A program made the translations under genes and the position numbers. From positions 35,588,001 through 35,652,000 of the forward strand of contig JBHGNT010000001.1 in assembly GCA_043228905.1 (NCBI GenBank): a stretch of DNA of 64,000 nt, written 5' to 3'. Source of the DNA: Azolla caroliniana (Eukaryota; Plantae; Polypodiophyta). Of this stretch, positions 37,230-50,363 are shown one piece after another. The number at the start of each line of letters is the position of its first letter. Positions within the stretch are counted from its first letter, which is position 1. The notes beneath the pieces are model-generated. The model saw nothing but the letters and a program-made list of their open reading frames with translations. It made no database searches and was not told where the DNA came from.

Positions 37230-40038
37230 AAGAAGTATTTTTTATAACATTTTTTGTTTTGGGAAACAATGGCTATTGTAGAACAGCAACAACAGGATTT
37301 AGCTATGCTGTTTTTGGATTTTGAGAAGGCTTATGATAGAGTGGATTGGGATTTTATGGAGGTGACATTATTGTATATGGGCTTTCTAGTGCAATGGATT
37401 AGGGCGGTGGCAGCATTGTATAGGACCGCTCATAGTTCACTTTTGTTTGCAAGTGAAGTTGGTGGTAGATTTTCACTTTCGCGGTCAGTAAGACAAGGGT
37501 GTCCACTTGCTCCCTTTATGTTTATTTTAGTTTCTGAAGCCTTTTCTGATTTTCTTAGCAGTAGGAATGTCGATATTCGTGGCATAGCCTTACCTATACA
37601 AGGATACGCAGTCTCCGCTATTGATTCGGAATTTGCTGATGACACCACTTTATATGTTTCTGCAGATGAGGGGAACTTGTTGAATCTTCAAAAAGTGTTA
37701 TCCGATTTTTGTGATGCTTCAAGAGCTTTGATCAATTGGGACAAATCCATGGGATTTTGGGTTGCGTTGTCTTCTCCCCCCACAAGATGTGCCATCTCTA
37801 GGCTTTATTTGGGTACCTCAAGGTACAACTGTAAGGTATTTGGGTTGTCAAGTGGGGATAGATTTGTCAGCGTAAGAGATGGTAACACCCATTTTTTTAC
37901 GGGTTAGAAATAAATTGTTGTATTGGGATACTACTAAGTTGTCTCTACCAGGAAGGGTTGTTGTGGGCAAACTAGGTTTTGCTTGCATCGTTGTGGTACG
38001 TTGCATCAACATGGCTATTTTCACGGTCTATTTTATGGGATCAAGGGTTGTTGCAAAAGTTGATTGGTCAGTTTTAATTCGACCAATACGTGAAGGTGAA
38101 CTTGGCTTAATAGATCCTTTGCTCTAGAGTAAGGCCCTTCTTGCAAAGCATGTTGTGAGAGGATTTATGCCTGGGTATGAGTTGTGGAAAAAGTTATGGT
38201 TGTTATCTCTTTGTAATATTAAACCTATAATAGGAGGACAGTGACAAGATAGTTTTCGATGGTTGTTTCACTTTGAATTTCCAATTAAGGCTCATAATGT
38301 TGGTTCTATGAGATTATTTACAGGTATTTTGAGGGCATGGAAGGACATTAAAGAGGCTCTCCTATTTCAACTTCCAGCAATAGAAGCCCAATTTTTAAGG
38401 CAACCGTTGTTATGGAATCCTTTGTTTATTGATAGCTATGGCTGTGTTTTAGGAATTAGATCGCGTTTATCGTGGGGAAAAATAGACTTAGGACGAACTA
38501 CCTTTGTGGCTGCTTGGGAGCGGTTTCAAATGCTCTTGGAGGAGGACAAACAACAATTATTATCTTCCTTGTGTGGGGGTTGTTTGATGTTTGAGTAGAT
38601 TGAGCAAGCTTTTCAGAATAGTCAAAGGCAACTTAATTTGGCTAATACTTATACATGGTATGGTCTTTTCTCTTCTTTGGGTGTTTTAATAAGTGCTTGT
38701 GCTTATGCTAATCAAGGTCAAAAAAGATTTTATGAGGTTCGTGATGATGGTCTTTTATATTTGGTGGATGAAGAAGCTGAAATTATGCAGCTAGCCTCCG
38801 AAAAACCCATTACGGTTATTGCTCGGTTAAACAAGAAGATTTTCTTAGATTTGAGCCCTTTTTTGGCGGATCATGCAATAAAAATATGGGTATTCTAAAG
38901 TAAGCCAATGACACATCTTAAGTGGAACCCAACTGATTATGCATGGCGGTTGGTTGGCTATTCCTCGACAAATGAACAAGTGAGTAGGATTCTCCCTTTT
39001 TTCCAATATTCTGTGGCATATGGGAGACATTTTTTGATGCAACGACATTGCGTAAATCCTGTTGCACAAAAGTATTGGTAGTCAGGTGGTATATCGCATC
39101 AATATATGGCGGCATTTTGGAAAAGTTTATGGGCTTTACCATGTATGCGGAGAGCAATTTCTTTTAAGTGGTTAATGATTCATTTTGCTTTACCTGTAGG
39201 TTCTCATTTAAAAGGCCAAGTCGATGATCGTCGTTGTGTATGTTGCCTAGTACATGAGGAAACTTTAAAACCTTTATTTTGGACTTGTAGTGTACAACTC
39301 GAAAGTTGTAGCAATTTTTACATGGGGGGTTGTTTTCCGGGGGTCTTTGAATGTGTGGGTATCTTTGTAAGAGGAGGAGAAATGTGCGGAAGCATTATGT
39401 ATGTCAGAAAGTACAATTGAAGAAGTCCGTCCAAACATTTGTTTGTGCTAAATATTTTAGAAATTCTTTTGTTTGGAATATTGTTTCAGTTAATGCTTTA
39501 TGGGTGTGGTGGAAGTGTCGTTGTAGCAAGAAATATGAAGACATCGAGTATAGTGTGGTGGATATGATTAAGATGTTTGGGACAACTTGGTGCACACAAT
39601 TAAGGGAGAGTATGATAGTATTGAAGGAAAATCGGAAAAGGTGCATAAGAAAAGGCGAAAACTTCGTAAAATATGGTGGCCAATACCTCTCTTGTTGGAT
39701 GAATCACATGAAGATCGTTGGAATTATGCTCCACCACGTTGGTTATTCCCTCCTCCTACTCTATTCTTATTTCAAAGATAATTGTGAGGTATATAGTTTT
39801 TTCTTCTTACTCTTTTTAACTTATAGTTTGACAGGTGTTACCCCGTACGAGATGTAGGGGGCATAAATGTAATTGTGAGTCGATACGTATGTGAACACAT
39901 GCACACGTGTGTGCATGTGGATGGATACGAGGAGGTGTGAGTGAGTGTCCAGTATGAATGCTCTAGGGGGCTTACACCCCTTTGTATCTACCCCCTCTTG
40001 TACTATTTAACCCCTTATGGGGAATGAATGAATGAATG
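37230..40038 (+). mobile_element. 5'-truncated, frameshifted L1/Tx1-like LINE (RT + zinc-binding domain) with (GAAT)n tail
   Basis: LDFEKAYDRVDW, RSVRQGCPLAP, FADDT, INWDKS, LSLPGR, KVDWSVLIRPIREGELGL and CVCC...EETLKPLFWTC across frameshifts. Ends GGGGAATGAATGAATGAATGA. Confidence 0.9.
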
Positions 40039-40339
40039 ATCATTTTCTCTCTCAATCTCTCTCTCTCTTGTCATCTCTCTTTCTCTCTCTCTCCCCCTCA
40101 ACGTTGAATCCCCTTGGGAGGGGGGTGGAGCCATTTTAGGCACCACCCCCCACCCCGCAATGCTTCTCAATGCACATGATCTCTCTCGCCATCAATCCCA
40201 TACTCTCCATCATCATCATAACCACCATGTCTATCTTTATCATGATTATCATCATCCTTAACCCTAACCCTAAAAAAAACGTATAACAACAAGAAGGACA
40301 TAAAAGAGGGGGATGTGATAGGGGCAATCGTGTGGAGTG

Positions 40340-41590
40340 ACATGGGTGAGATGTTGGATGTGGAAAATGAAGCACCTTCTAATTTTGGACAAGGATGAGT
40401 GATGAAGGTGTTGAGGGTTGTAACAAATTTAATGAGCATACGAGGAGAGTGGTGTCATTTTGTTTTTGTAGGTACACGATTTTGGTGGTAAATTAGGGTG
40501 AGTGAGATGGTTGATGTCAATTTATGAAGCACAATTCATTTTTTTATAAGGATGAGCGATTGTGGTGTGGGGGCTGAAGCATAGTCTCTTGAGAAGACTA
40601 GACTCATTAATTGTTTGTATGTACAGGATTTTGGCGATAATTGGTGGGATGTTTGATGTGGAATTGATGAAGAAGAATGCATGTTTTTGATAAGGATGAG
40701 TGATGAGGATGTGGGGGGCGAAGCAGATTCTCATGAGGAGATGAGGAAACAAGTCTTGTTGTATTGTTGTATGTCAGGATTTTTTGGCGGTATTTTGCGA
40801 GATGATTGATGTGGACTTAACGAAGTAATTTTCATGGTTTGGATAAGGATGAGTGATGATGGTGTGGAGGCCGAAGCATATTCTCATAAGAAGATGAGGA
40901 ATTTAAACTCATTTTATTGTCTCAGTGCAAGAATTTGGTGGTAATCGGCGAGATGGTTGATGTGGACTTCACGAAGCAAATTGTAGGTTTTTGATAAGGA
41001 TGAGTGATGATGGTGTGAGGGCCGAAGCATAAGCTCGTGAGGAGACGAGAAAATTGACGTAATGTGTTGTTATGAGGAGAGGAGAAAATTGACTTAATGT
41101 GTTGTTGTATGACACGAAGCAATTTGTAGGTTTTTGATAAGGATGAGTGATGATGGTGTGAGGGCCGAAGCATAAGCTCATGAGGAGAGGAGAAAATTGA
41201 CGTAATGTGTTGTTGTATGAGGAGAGGAGAAAATTGATGTAATATGTTGTTGTATGAGGAGAGGAGAAAATTGACTTAATGTGTTGTTGTATGAAAGTTG
41301 GTGGTAACTGATGAGATGGTTGATGTGGAAAGAGGAAGCATATTTGTTGAGTTGACAGTATAATGTATTGGATCGCCTTCCAATTTGTGATGTATAGGAA
41401 GTTGGTGGTAACTGATGAGATGGTTGATGTGGAAAGAGGAAGCATATTTGTTGAGTTGACAGTATAATGTATTGGATCGCCTTCCAATTTGTGATGTATA
41501 GGAAGTTGGTGGTAACCGACGAGATGGTTGATGTGGAAAGAGGAAGCATATTTGTTGAGTTGACAGTATAATGTATTGGATCGCCTTCAA
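40340..41590. repeat. Compound tandem array (diverged ~150-bp units, ~35-bp subunits, near-identical 104-bp units)
   Basis: GATG.TTGATGTGGA...ATAAGGATGAGTGATG recurs at about 40350, 40506, 40648, 40801 and 40952. TGAGGAGAGGAGAAAATTGAC units span 41040-41290. 104-bp units start at 41297, 41401 and 41505. Confidence 0.9.
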
Positions 41591-41834
41591 ATATGCAATA
41601 GACAGGAGCAGGTTGAAGAAGTATTGAAAGGTTCATAACTATGACTTGCGAGGACTTGTTTCCGAATATAAGTAATTTGGTTGTTGTCTATGGATATGAT
41701 ACCTTGCATTGTGTCCAAGGAATATCTTACAATTAGTGGATTGTTTTCTCTATTTTGGATTTATTTCCTCAACCAGTATCTTTCACAAGACGGGCTAGGG
41801 GGGAAAACTTTGTATGTTGTAGCTGTTATGACCC

Positions 41835-42200
41835 TTTTTTTTTCTTTTTCTTTTTTAAAGGAAGATGCACCTTAGTATATTCCTTGAAAAGTCTACATAG
41901 GAAAAATAGAAGGAGACATTTCATCTCACTTCTATTTGTAAGATACAAAACCTAGCACATCTGATGATATAGATGATGTCATATATGAACAAGTAGAACA
42001 ATGCTTACTATCCACTATCCAACATAAACGAAGGTATGGCATAATTCCACTTTGGACCAACAGTTGTCTCTGAAAATAATTGGAGTCCTTGCCATTGGTT
42101 CTTAAAGGCCACTTGCCGTTGCCACAAAACATCATTTGAACCCTGTAGATCATCATATTGCCCATGTAGTGTGTGAACAAACAACATCCAAAATTCAATA
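41835..42200 (-). mobile_element. LINE 3' end copy with poly(A) tail (empty site for the hAT MITE)
   Basis: Colinear with 26335-26524 joined to 26987-27110. A T-rich tail lies at 41835-41856 and a single CTTTGGAC at about 42050. Confidence 0.8.
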
Positions 42201-43716
42201 AGCTTAGTGTTGAGCTATACATGAGCATTGTTAAAAACATAATCACATTTCGCTTTCCATATTATCCAAAGAGCCAATGATGTAATTGTACGCCGAATGA
42301 CCAGATTTTTATGACCCTTTTTATACAACTAATGGAAGGATATTTGTTTTGGAAAAAAAGAGAGTACACCTTCCAAGCAATTATTGTCACAAACGAGACA
42401 CCTTGTGGTGAAAAAGGTTAGTTAGTTGGACCTGTGTGTATCATGCAACCACCAACTTTGACAATATAAGGAGGAAAACCACATGTTGATAAGAGGGTCG
42501 TTGGTTGGTTTGTTGCTCTCCCATTAAATAACTAATTATAATATATTGCGCAATGACTTTGATTGCCATATAGTGTATTATCTCTCATTCTCTGGTTTGG
42601 TAGGTGTATGTCGTAGGAGGTGGAGTGCTTCAATTGTCACTACATAGGACATTATCAAAGGGATGATGGCGCCCTTTGTAGTGGAAGTTGTAAAATTGGT
42701 AGTGATAGGCATGTAAGACACCCAAGGCAATGAATGCCCTATACCATGCAAGTGAGCAAATACATTTTCATCACAGAATTCGAGTATAACAACTACATGG
42801 GTCAACTGTCAACACCTACATCTTTGTGATAAAGTAAACATCATTCTTGTCCTAAGAAGTAGCTTAGAACCCTCACGAGGTAGAGGGCTTACAAACTCCC
42901 CATGTAGATGGAATCTAGAACCTTGCCTAACGTTGCCATGTACACATTGATCAATGGGGGATAAATATTGTGCAATGGTAGCAAAAAACCTATTCATGAA
43001 TTCAAAAAGCCATTTTGCCATAGAAGTGACACATAGACAACAAACCTAATCTAACCTGTATTGTACTTGGAAGACATGTTAATGGTGGAGAAGTCAAAGG
43101 ATGACATCTACAGTTTGGAACGAAAATAGAACCAATAATTTGAGATGAAGGATCAGAAAGCGGTGAGACATATATTGGGCACACAAAGTGCTCAAGACAC
43201 GAAGAGTCAATAGATTCAATTTTAAGTATTTGACATATATACATATTCACTTCGGAGCAACGAGAGGTATGTGTGTAATGAGAAACAACGTGAGGACACA
43301 GACATAATGTGCGGGGGACATGACATTGAGCAACGCGAGGAGGGGAGGGTGCTAACACAAATGCACGAGCCACTCTACATTGGTCCTTGTCTTGAGCCGC
43401 GACAATGGCTCTTGTCTTGTTTCGGGATGATGTCGTCCCAAGGCTAGTAATTAATAGTATACAATGTACGTACATACATACAACGAGGTGGGTTGGCCTG
43501 GCCCCTTTAAGCTCATGGGCCAAATTTGGTCTTAGAAGAAGACGTGTGTGTTAATATATATTTCTTTTATTTCTTCTCTCTGTCTCCGTCTCCGTCTCTG
43601 TTGTGTGTCTGAGTTTTTCTCTCTTTCTTTCTCTGTCTGTGTCTTTCCTTGGTTAGCTCTCGACGAAGACGGGCGACGACGGCGAGAGGCGGGGGGCCTC
43701 TTCTTCTACGGCCGCC

Positions 43717-46700
43717 ATGGCTGGGGACAACGTCGCCGCCCCTCCCGCCCTACTCCACCAAGCCTCTTCTGTTGCCCCACCCACGCCCACGCCCACACCC
43801 ACGCCCACGCCCTCCATTTCTGTAGCCTCTCCGACCGCCGTCGGATCTGCCGCCGCCCTTACCACCGCACATCAGCCTAATCCTCCTGCTCCCCAGCAGA
43901 GCCTGGCTCAGAGTTTCTCCCAAAATCAGCACACTCTGAATCAGATGAGTTTTCAGCAACAACAGCAGCAGCAGCAGCAGCAGCAACAACAACAACAGAA
44001 GCAGGCTACAGGGGGAAACAGTTTCCGGCCACATCTAGGTCCAACTAATTATCCATCTCAGCAGCAGCAGCAGCAACAACAAGTTGCTTCCCCAACAATG
44101 TCCTCGTCTTCGTCATCGCGAATGTCAATGACTACTGTGTACAGGCCAGGATTAGGCACCCACTTCCCATCGTCCATGCCAACTATGCAGCAGCAACAAC
44201 AGCAGCAGCAGCAACAACAACAACAACAACAACAACAGCACATGCTGAGAGGTGGGCAGGGACAAGGATCTGTTCGTCCGGCCATGTATGCTACAAGCCC
44301 ATCATCTTACATGCAGCAGCAACAGACTGCCAGACCAACCATGGCAGCTGGTCAAGTACCTGCGCATATGAACCCTCAACTTCAGGTCAGTATATATACA
44401 ACTCAATACACCCCCTTTGCGTTTTGTTTTCGTTTGTGTGATGCTCATATTTCTGGGTTTTGCACCCTAATGAAGATGCAATCCCGTACAAAGCCTCAAG
44501 GCCAGTTGATTCAAGGGCAGACCAACTCTTCACCAGGGCTAGGAGGAGGTGTGGGCTCAATTACAGGCCAGTTGATGAGACCATCATCGGGCAATGCTAT
44601 TTCACAGCAGCAGCAGCAGCAGCAGCAACAACAACAACAACAACAGCAACAGCAACAACAACAGCAACAACAACAACAGCAACAACAACAGCAACAACAA
44701 GCAAGGTCGCAACAACAAGCCAGACAAGCCCAGCTGCCCCAACAAATTCAACCACAATCACTGCCTCAACAGCCCTCTTCACAGGTTCTGTCATGATGTC
44801 TATAACTGAGAAACAAGAAAAAAGTGTACTTTTTTAATCAAGAAGTACAGCCTGTGTGCTAATAATCATATATATATATATATATATGTGCATTTTGCAA
44901 CAGTATCAGAAGTTGCCATCACCTGGATTGCAGCCGTCTCAGTCAGCTGCCAATATGCAGAACCAGATGCATCTCTACCCAGCACAGAAGCAAATGCAGC
45001 CAGGAACGAATCCAGCGTCATTTAATTTTTCTCAGCAGCAAGGACCGGCATCATATAAACAAATGCAAGGGCAGTACCCTCCACAAATGGCTCAACTAAG
45101 CCAGCAACAACAGCTTGGCAGAGCACAGAGTGCTCTTCAGAGGCCTCCAACATTAACTGGCATCCCACCTGTGACAACAGCAACACCAATTCCGCTAGAG
45201 TCTGAGAATAAAATTTTGAGTAAACGGAGCATTCAAGACCTTGTAACACAGGTAAATTTCCCTACATTTATCTTCGTTTTGTTGGGGATTTGTTATATTA
45301 GGTATAATATTATTTTTTCACGCCATGGATTGAACAGTTAACATTGGTGCATGTTGATCTCTGCTGTACTCGATCAATGTTCATGTAGCTCAGTAGCTCA
45401 GTTGTTTAGAGTGGGGATCCTAGTCATATGACAACCAAAGCTCTTTTTAGTTTATGCTGGGCTTTGTGAATCTTCTTGTAAAACAATCCTTGTTTAAGTA
45501 TATTGGGTGTTTTGCACATCAGCATAGAAAAAAAAACCTGTATAGTCCTGTTGGTGCCATATGTGTTTGGGGGTTAATATTGTTTCTTGAAACAGATACT
45601 TCATGAAATTATCTGTCCAAAGTTCTGTCATACTTATATTTTATCTTTTGCCTGCAAATGGTCAATTTGCAAAAGTTTTTGTTTAAACTGGGGTTGTGCT
45701 ACTCCTAAATTTGATCTAGAATATCCAGTAAGAGACATACTGAGGATATATGTCAATTTAGCTTTTACTTCGTTTTTATTAAACTATCTATTCTATTTAT
45801 ACTTCAATTTTGTAAAAATGCTTTGGTCTCATAGGTTTTTTTTACATTTTCTAGAATAAATTATTGCATATGTTCTTCCCTTCGTACGACTCAATACAAA
45901 AATAGACAACAGCTCACATCCTGAAAACCAAATGGATGTGATGGTGTTTTTGTGTTCCTAAGAAAGTAGCTTCTCAAATTTATTTGAAATTGCTATTAAC
46001 CACAGATTTTCGTATTTGGTTTTAAATTGGTTTACTGTTTGTTTGAATTTTGTTATGCCTTTATTATATATTTCTACAAATGAGAATTCTTTGTTTATTA
46101 TTGTCACATTTCTGTACTCAATTCATTTGTATCATCCATTCTCTTAGTTTGTAATCCCAAAATTTTCCAATCCTGAATATATATACCCTCATAACATAGA
46201 AAATCTTATAATCTCATGTTTGTTGAGGCACACGAACACTTTTTGTGATATATTTCTTCAGCACAATTTTTCATGCGAAATTGTCCGTAGTCTTATTTGT
46301 GAACGCAGAGGGTCATAGAAATACTTGTGGCTAGGTTGCCCATCATAAATTATATGTAATAAAAAGAGTGTCTTCTTTTAACATTCGCTCCTGCATATCA
46401 TGTAATAAGACATCTGTGGTTTTATTGGTTCTTGTGGAAGTATAGATAAAATAATAAACATAGCCATCAATTTTCTTTGTAATTATGATCTTTCTACCCT
46501 CACACATCTTTGTGAAAATTTTGTTTATCTTTTCCAGGTAGATCCTAATGAGCGGCTTGATCCCGAGGTGGAAGATGTACTCCTCGAAATTGCTGATGAT
46601 TTTATAGAATCAGTGAGTCATGAGACACATTTTCTACTGATATATCCTATGATTTTTTCAACAATCTGAGGGTGTCTGTGGACTCTGTACAGGAAATTCA

Positions 46701-49301
46701 TATGTGATGCATTGACGTTTCCTTTTGATTTTCATGTGTATATTGTAAAGTGCGTACAATTCACTTTGTAGATTAACTGTAAGCTATTATCCTATAAATT
46801 GAAACCATGAAAAAGGAGAAAGGGGGAAAATTAACTCTTAAAAGATATCGTCCTATAATTGGAACTAACTGCTGTTCTCCATAGGAAATGGTGGGAAATG
46901 AGAATCCTGTTTTGTAGAGGGAAACACTTGCTGTGATGCCTCTTTGCTGACAAGTGTTTATTGCTGTATTATTGAAAACGTCCTTGCTCTTGATTTCTAG
47001 CAAGAACACTCCCCAAGCATCATTAGTCTTTGTATTCCATTGCTTTGCAGAGTTGGTCAAAGCCTTGTTCAAAGGCGCAGTGGCGTACCCTCCTTATTTC
47101 ATGAAAAAGCGGTACCATGGCAAACATTGTGCTCCTCTTATTCTCCATCCCAATTGCACAGTAACCTTTAAAGTGTTATCATGAAGGCAGGAATGGGGGA
47201 GTTGATGATGATGATCTATTAATGTCTTTTGGAGGTGTAATAATCATCACAAATCACTTTTGCCAGGTGTGTGACTGGGTAGAGCAAAAAGAAAATGTAA
47301 AAGCTGAAATGAAGAACCAAACCAGTTGCCGAATTTCATTGTACTGATCTTCCCTAAATTTGGTACCGTGGTTTTCCATGTCCTTTGAGTTTATTCTACT
47401 TCCTTGCTAAATGCATCCATGTATCACTTGATTCCCGAGTGGCCTTAAGTTTGCATTTGGCTGCCGTATATTCTTCATCAAACCATACTTTGGTCTTTTG
47501 CATGCCTTCTTGTTATGCTAACGCTCAATGTGGGTTCTCTAGATCCACATAATGCATTTCTGAAAAGTTATCACACACTTTCGATATCGTATGGAATGCA
47601 TGACTCATGAGGAATTCCTTTCATCTGTTAATATATGTGCTTTTTTTTTCTTCCATTCCATCTTGTATGACCCGTATGCTACATTCATTGGATTGGCATC
47701 TGCATGTTGTTTTATCTTTACTCCTACATGTGTATGTGCGGGATACGAATTTGAGAATCTATCCCCAACGTCTAAGGTCAAATCTAAAGCATCAGGTTTG
47801 ACTACTCATAGTTGATGAGAGTAGGTCCCCTACTTAGCTGCATGAGCTAATCACACTTTTCATGGCTGATCCTTGTATACTTGTAGTTCAGTTTCATGAA
47901 CATTGTTTCCATTTTGAACCTATTTGTATGCAGCATGCCTATTATAGGTTCTAGCCTTATAATCTGCCTGAATATATCAATCCTAGCATTCATGTCTACA
48001 ATGACCAACACTTTCTCTTTGATATTGAGGGGATTGCTATGTGGAATATAGCAGCTTGCAGTGTATTTTGGTGTCTCTGCTACTTGAATCTTTGGTCACA
48101 TGTATATTTTATGCATGTCCCTAGTGCAAATAGTGATTATGTCGTGTAGTTCTTTGTACATTATTGTTAGCCCACCTTGATCTTTCGCTTTATGCACATG
48201 GAATGGGCGACTAACCTTCACTGTATCGGAGACAATATACATTGTGTTCCAAGTATCGTGGTAAATAATTATGTTAGTATTTGGGTTTATCTCATTTTGG
48301 TCTTCTTCATTCTTCCAACTAGTAACTTGTATATATTTTTCAGCTTTGTTTGTCAGTGCTTCATAGCTTGTTATCCATTGGTTTCTAGAAGTTCTATCCT
48401 TGGTGATTAAGTACTTTGTATCCTGGAGATAGGCCTGGTCGAGTCTTGCCTAGTATCATGGTGAGGTTTCTACATCTTTTTAGCCTTCTTGTTCTCACTA
48501 TCCTTATTTTGGTCTTGAGAACTCACACTTGAAACATATATGTTCCATTGCCGATTTTCTTGCTTCTTGAGTTGTGCATTGATATGCTGGGTACTTTGCT
48601 GTTGTGGTTTGTCGATTTCTTGACTTGTAGCTATATTCTTTTCATGTGTAAGGCGGATGCCAACTTCGCTTATCACTTGTCCCTAGCTCTGCAATTTTAT
48701 CTTCATGCCTGGATACGCATTAACTCTTCTATGCGTACATTTTCCATTGCCGATTCCCTTGCTTCTTGAGTTGCACATTGATATGCTGGGCACTTTGCTG
48801 TTTTGGCTTGTTGATTTCTCGACTTTTAGCCATATTCTCTTCATTTGTAAGGAGGATGCCAACTTGACTGATCAGTTGTCCCTAGCTCTGCAATTTTATC
48901 TTCATGCGGATATGCATTTAAGTATTTTCTCCAGCTGGGTATGCTTCTCTTCACGTGACAATATTTGAGTGCTTAAATCTCCTTGTATTTGGCTCCGTCG
49001 TTTTTAAATCTGAATTCCTTGTTTTGCTCTGCCTGATGACACGTCTGCTGTTCGAGGCAAAGAACATGATCAAAATCTCCTCATTTGATTGCAGTGTATC
49101 TGTTGACTTTTTTACCTTAGCAGGAATGGATGGGGTTTCTTTGTGGCTTCGTGTTTTCTTAACACTAAAGTACTTGAGATAGTGTATTGCTGAATAGTAT
49201 ACTTGAGATGCAAATGGAACCTCAGAAATTGTGTATTGCTCAGAGAGAAGGAAAGAAGCTATATTAATGTCTTTTAAGAAGCCAAAATGGCCTGTAAATC
49301 A

Positions 49302-49384
<83 letters not shown>

Positions 49385-50363
49385 CTTATGTGTAGGTAAC
49401 AACTTTTGCTTGTAAGCTTGCAAAGCATCGGAAATCAAACGTGTTGGAAGCAAAGGATATTCTTTTGCATTTAAGTAAGTCACTTCTGTTGTTTCATAGA
49501 TAAAAAGCCATGCTATTAAGGTGCATGTGCTATTACCTTCAGTGATGCCCTTAGTTAATCACGGTTTGCTTGCTACTAGCTTCATTTGGTGTCCTTAGTT
49601 TACTTCAAAGAATTTTAGTTGTGACATTTTTCGTGCGAATTTGATCATAGAGAGAAATGAATGAAAATCTAAAACACTTGCCTTTTGTGCTCATAAAGCC
49701 ACTTGGGCCTTTTGAAGAAGTTAATCTAACATTTCATTTTATTTCTCTTTGTCTTGCGTTATTCTCAAAAAAATTATACTGCTGCAATATATTGTTTATA
49801 AGTGCTACCTGTAATATCTAGAAACTGATGGACCGATGCCAAAGGTACAAAAATTTTCGGAATCAGTGTAGCTGCCTTGCTATTGATTGCTGAACAGTAA
49901 CTTATGTCAATAAGCTCTTGTAATAAATTTCATATCTAATGTTAAATTCATGTCATGCTATCATCAGGTAGAAACTGGGATATTAGTGTTCCTGGATTTG
50001 GTGGAGATGAATATCGTGCATATAAAAAGACGGTAATGATGCAGCATGTATGCAGCCCTACAATTTTTGAAATCCCTAAGTTTGAGACAATATTTCATTT
50101 TCTGACTGCATATAATTTGATTCTGGTCAAACAGTTTATGGATGAAGCTCATAAGCAGCGCCTTGCTCTGGTAAGTGATTTCAGAAGAATATAAATTACA
50201 ATGTCATGGAAAGGACATAATTTATATCTGGTATACAATCTTATAGGTGAAGAAGTCAATGGCAAGCCATCAGCCTGGACAAGATACAAATTCCAAGGGT
50301 TCTAGTGGTGGACAACCTGTTACAGGTTCTGCTGGTACCCATGCAGCTGGTGCTGCTAGCTAG
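43717..50363 (+). CDS. TAF12: TFIID/SAGA subunit TAF12 (TAF12b-like, Q-rich N-terminus), 8 exons
   Basis: Exons 43717-44385, 44476-44784, 44904-45251, 46538-46612, 49396-49474, 49968-50032, 50135-50170 and 50247-50363. Histone fold [75 protein letters not shown]...[11 protein letters not shown]. Confidence 0.95.
48543..48907. repeat. ~199-bp period tandem duplication in TAF12 intron 4
   Basis: TTCCATTGCCGATT..CTTGCTTCTTGAGTTG...GTCCCTAGCTCTGCAATTTTATCTTCATGC occurs twice. Confidence 0.9.
49305..49382 (+). repeat. (GA)39 microsatellite abutting a TAF12 splice acceptor
   Basis: Perfect GA repeat ending 13 nt before the exon at 49396. Confidence 0.95.

Noticed and set aside
40258-40275. TTAACCCTAACCCTAAA as an interstitial telomere
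   Set aside because: Only two units, consistent with a telo-box-like word or chance.
40340-41590. Repeat array as a possible CRISPR, or the 150-170-aa repetitive ORFs as genes
   Set aside because: There are no unique spacers or cas genes and the context is eukaryotic. The ORFs simply translate the tandem units.
42560-43400. Possible Gypsy gag/LTR remnant upstream of TAF12
   Set aside because: Only a vague EFMNRF...RQGS similarity, with no definable ends.
43750-44809. Poly-L, poly-C, poly-N and poly-T/A ORFs; also the poly-K/poly-F ORFs at 25099-25364
   Set aside because: These are alternative-frame or antisense readings of the polyQ and poly-E codon repeats.
45385-45430. TAGCTCAGTTGTTTAGAG resembling a tRNA D-arm/A box
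   Set aside because: No T-arm/B box or acceptor stem follows. At most it is a tiny tRNA/SINE relic.
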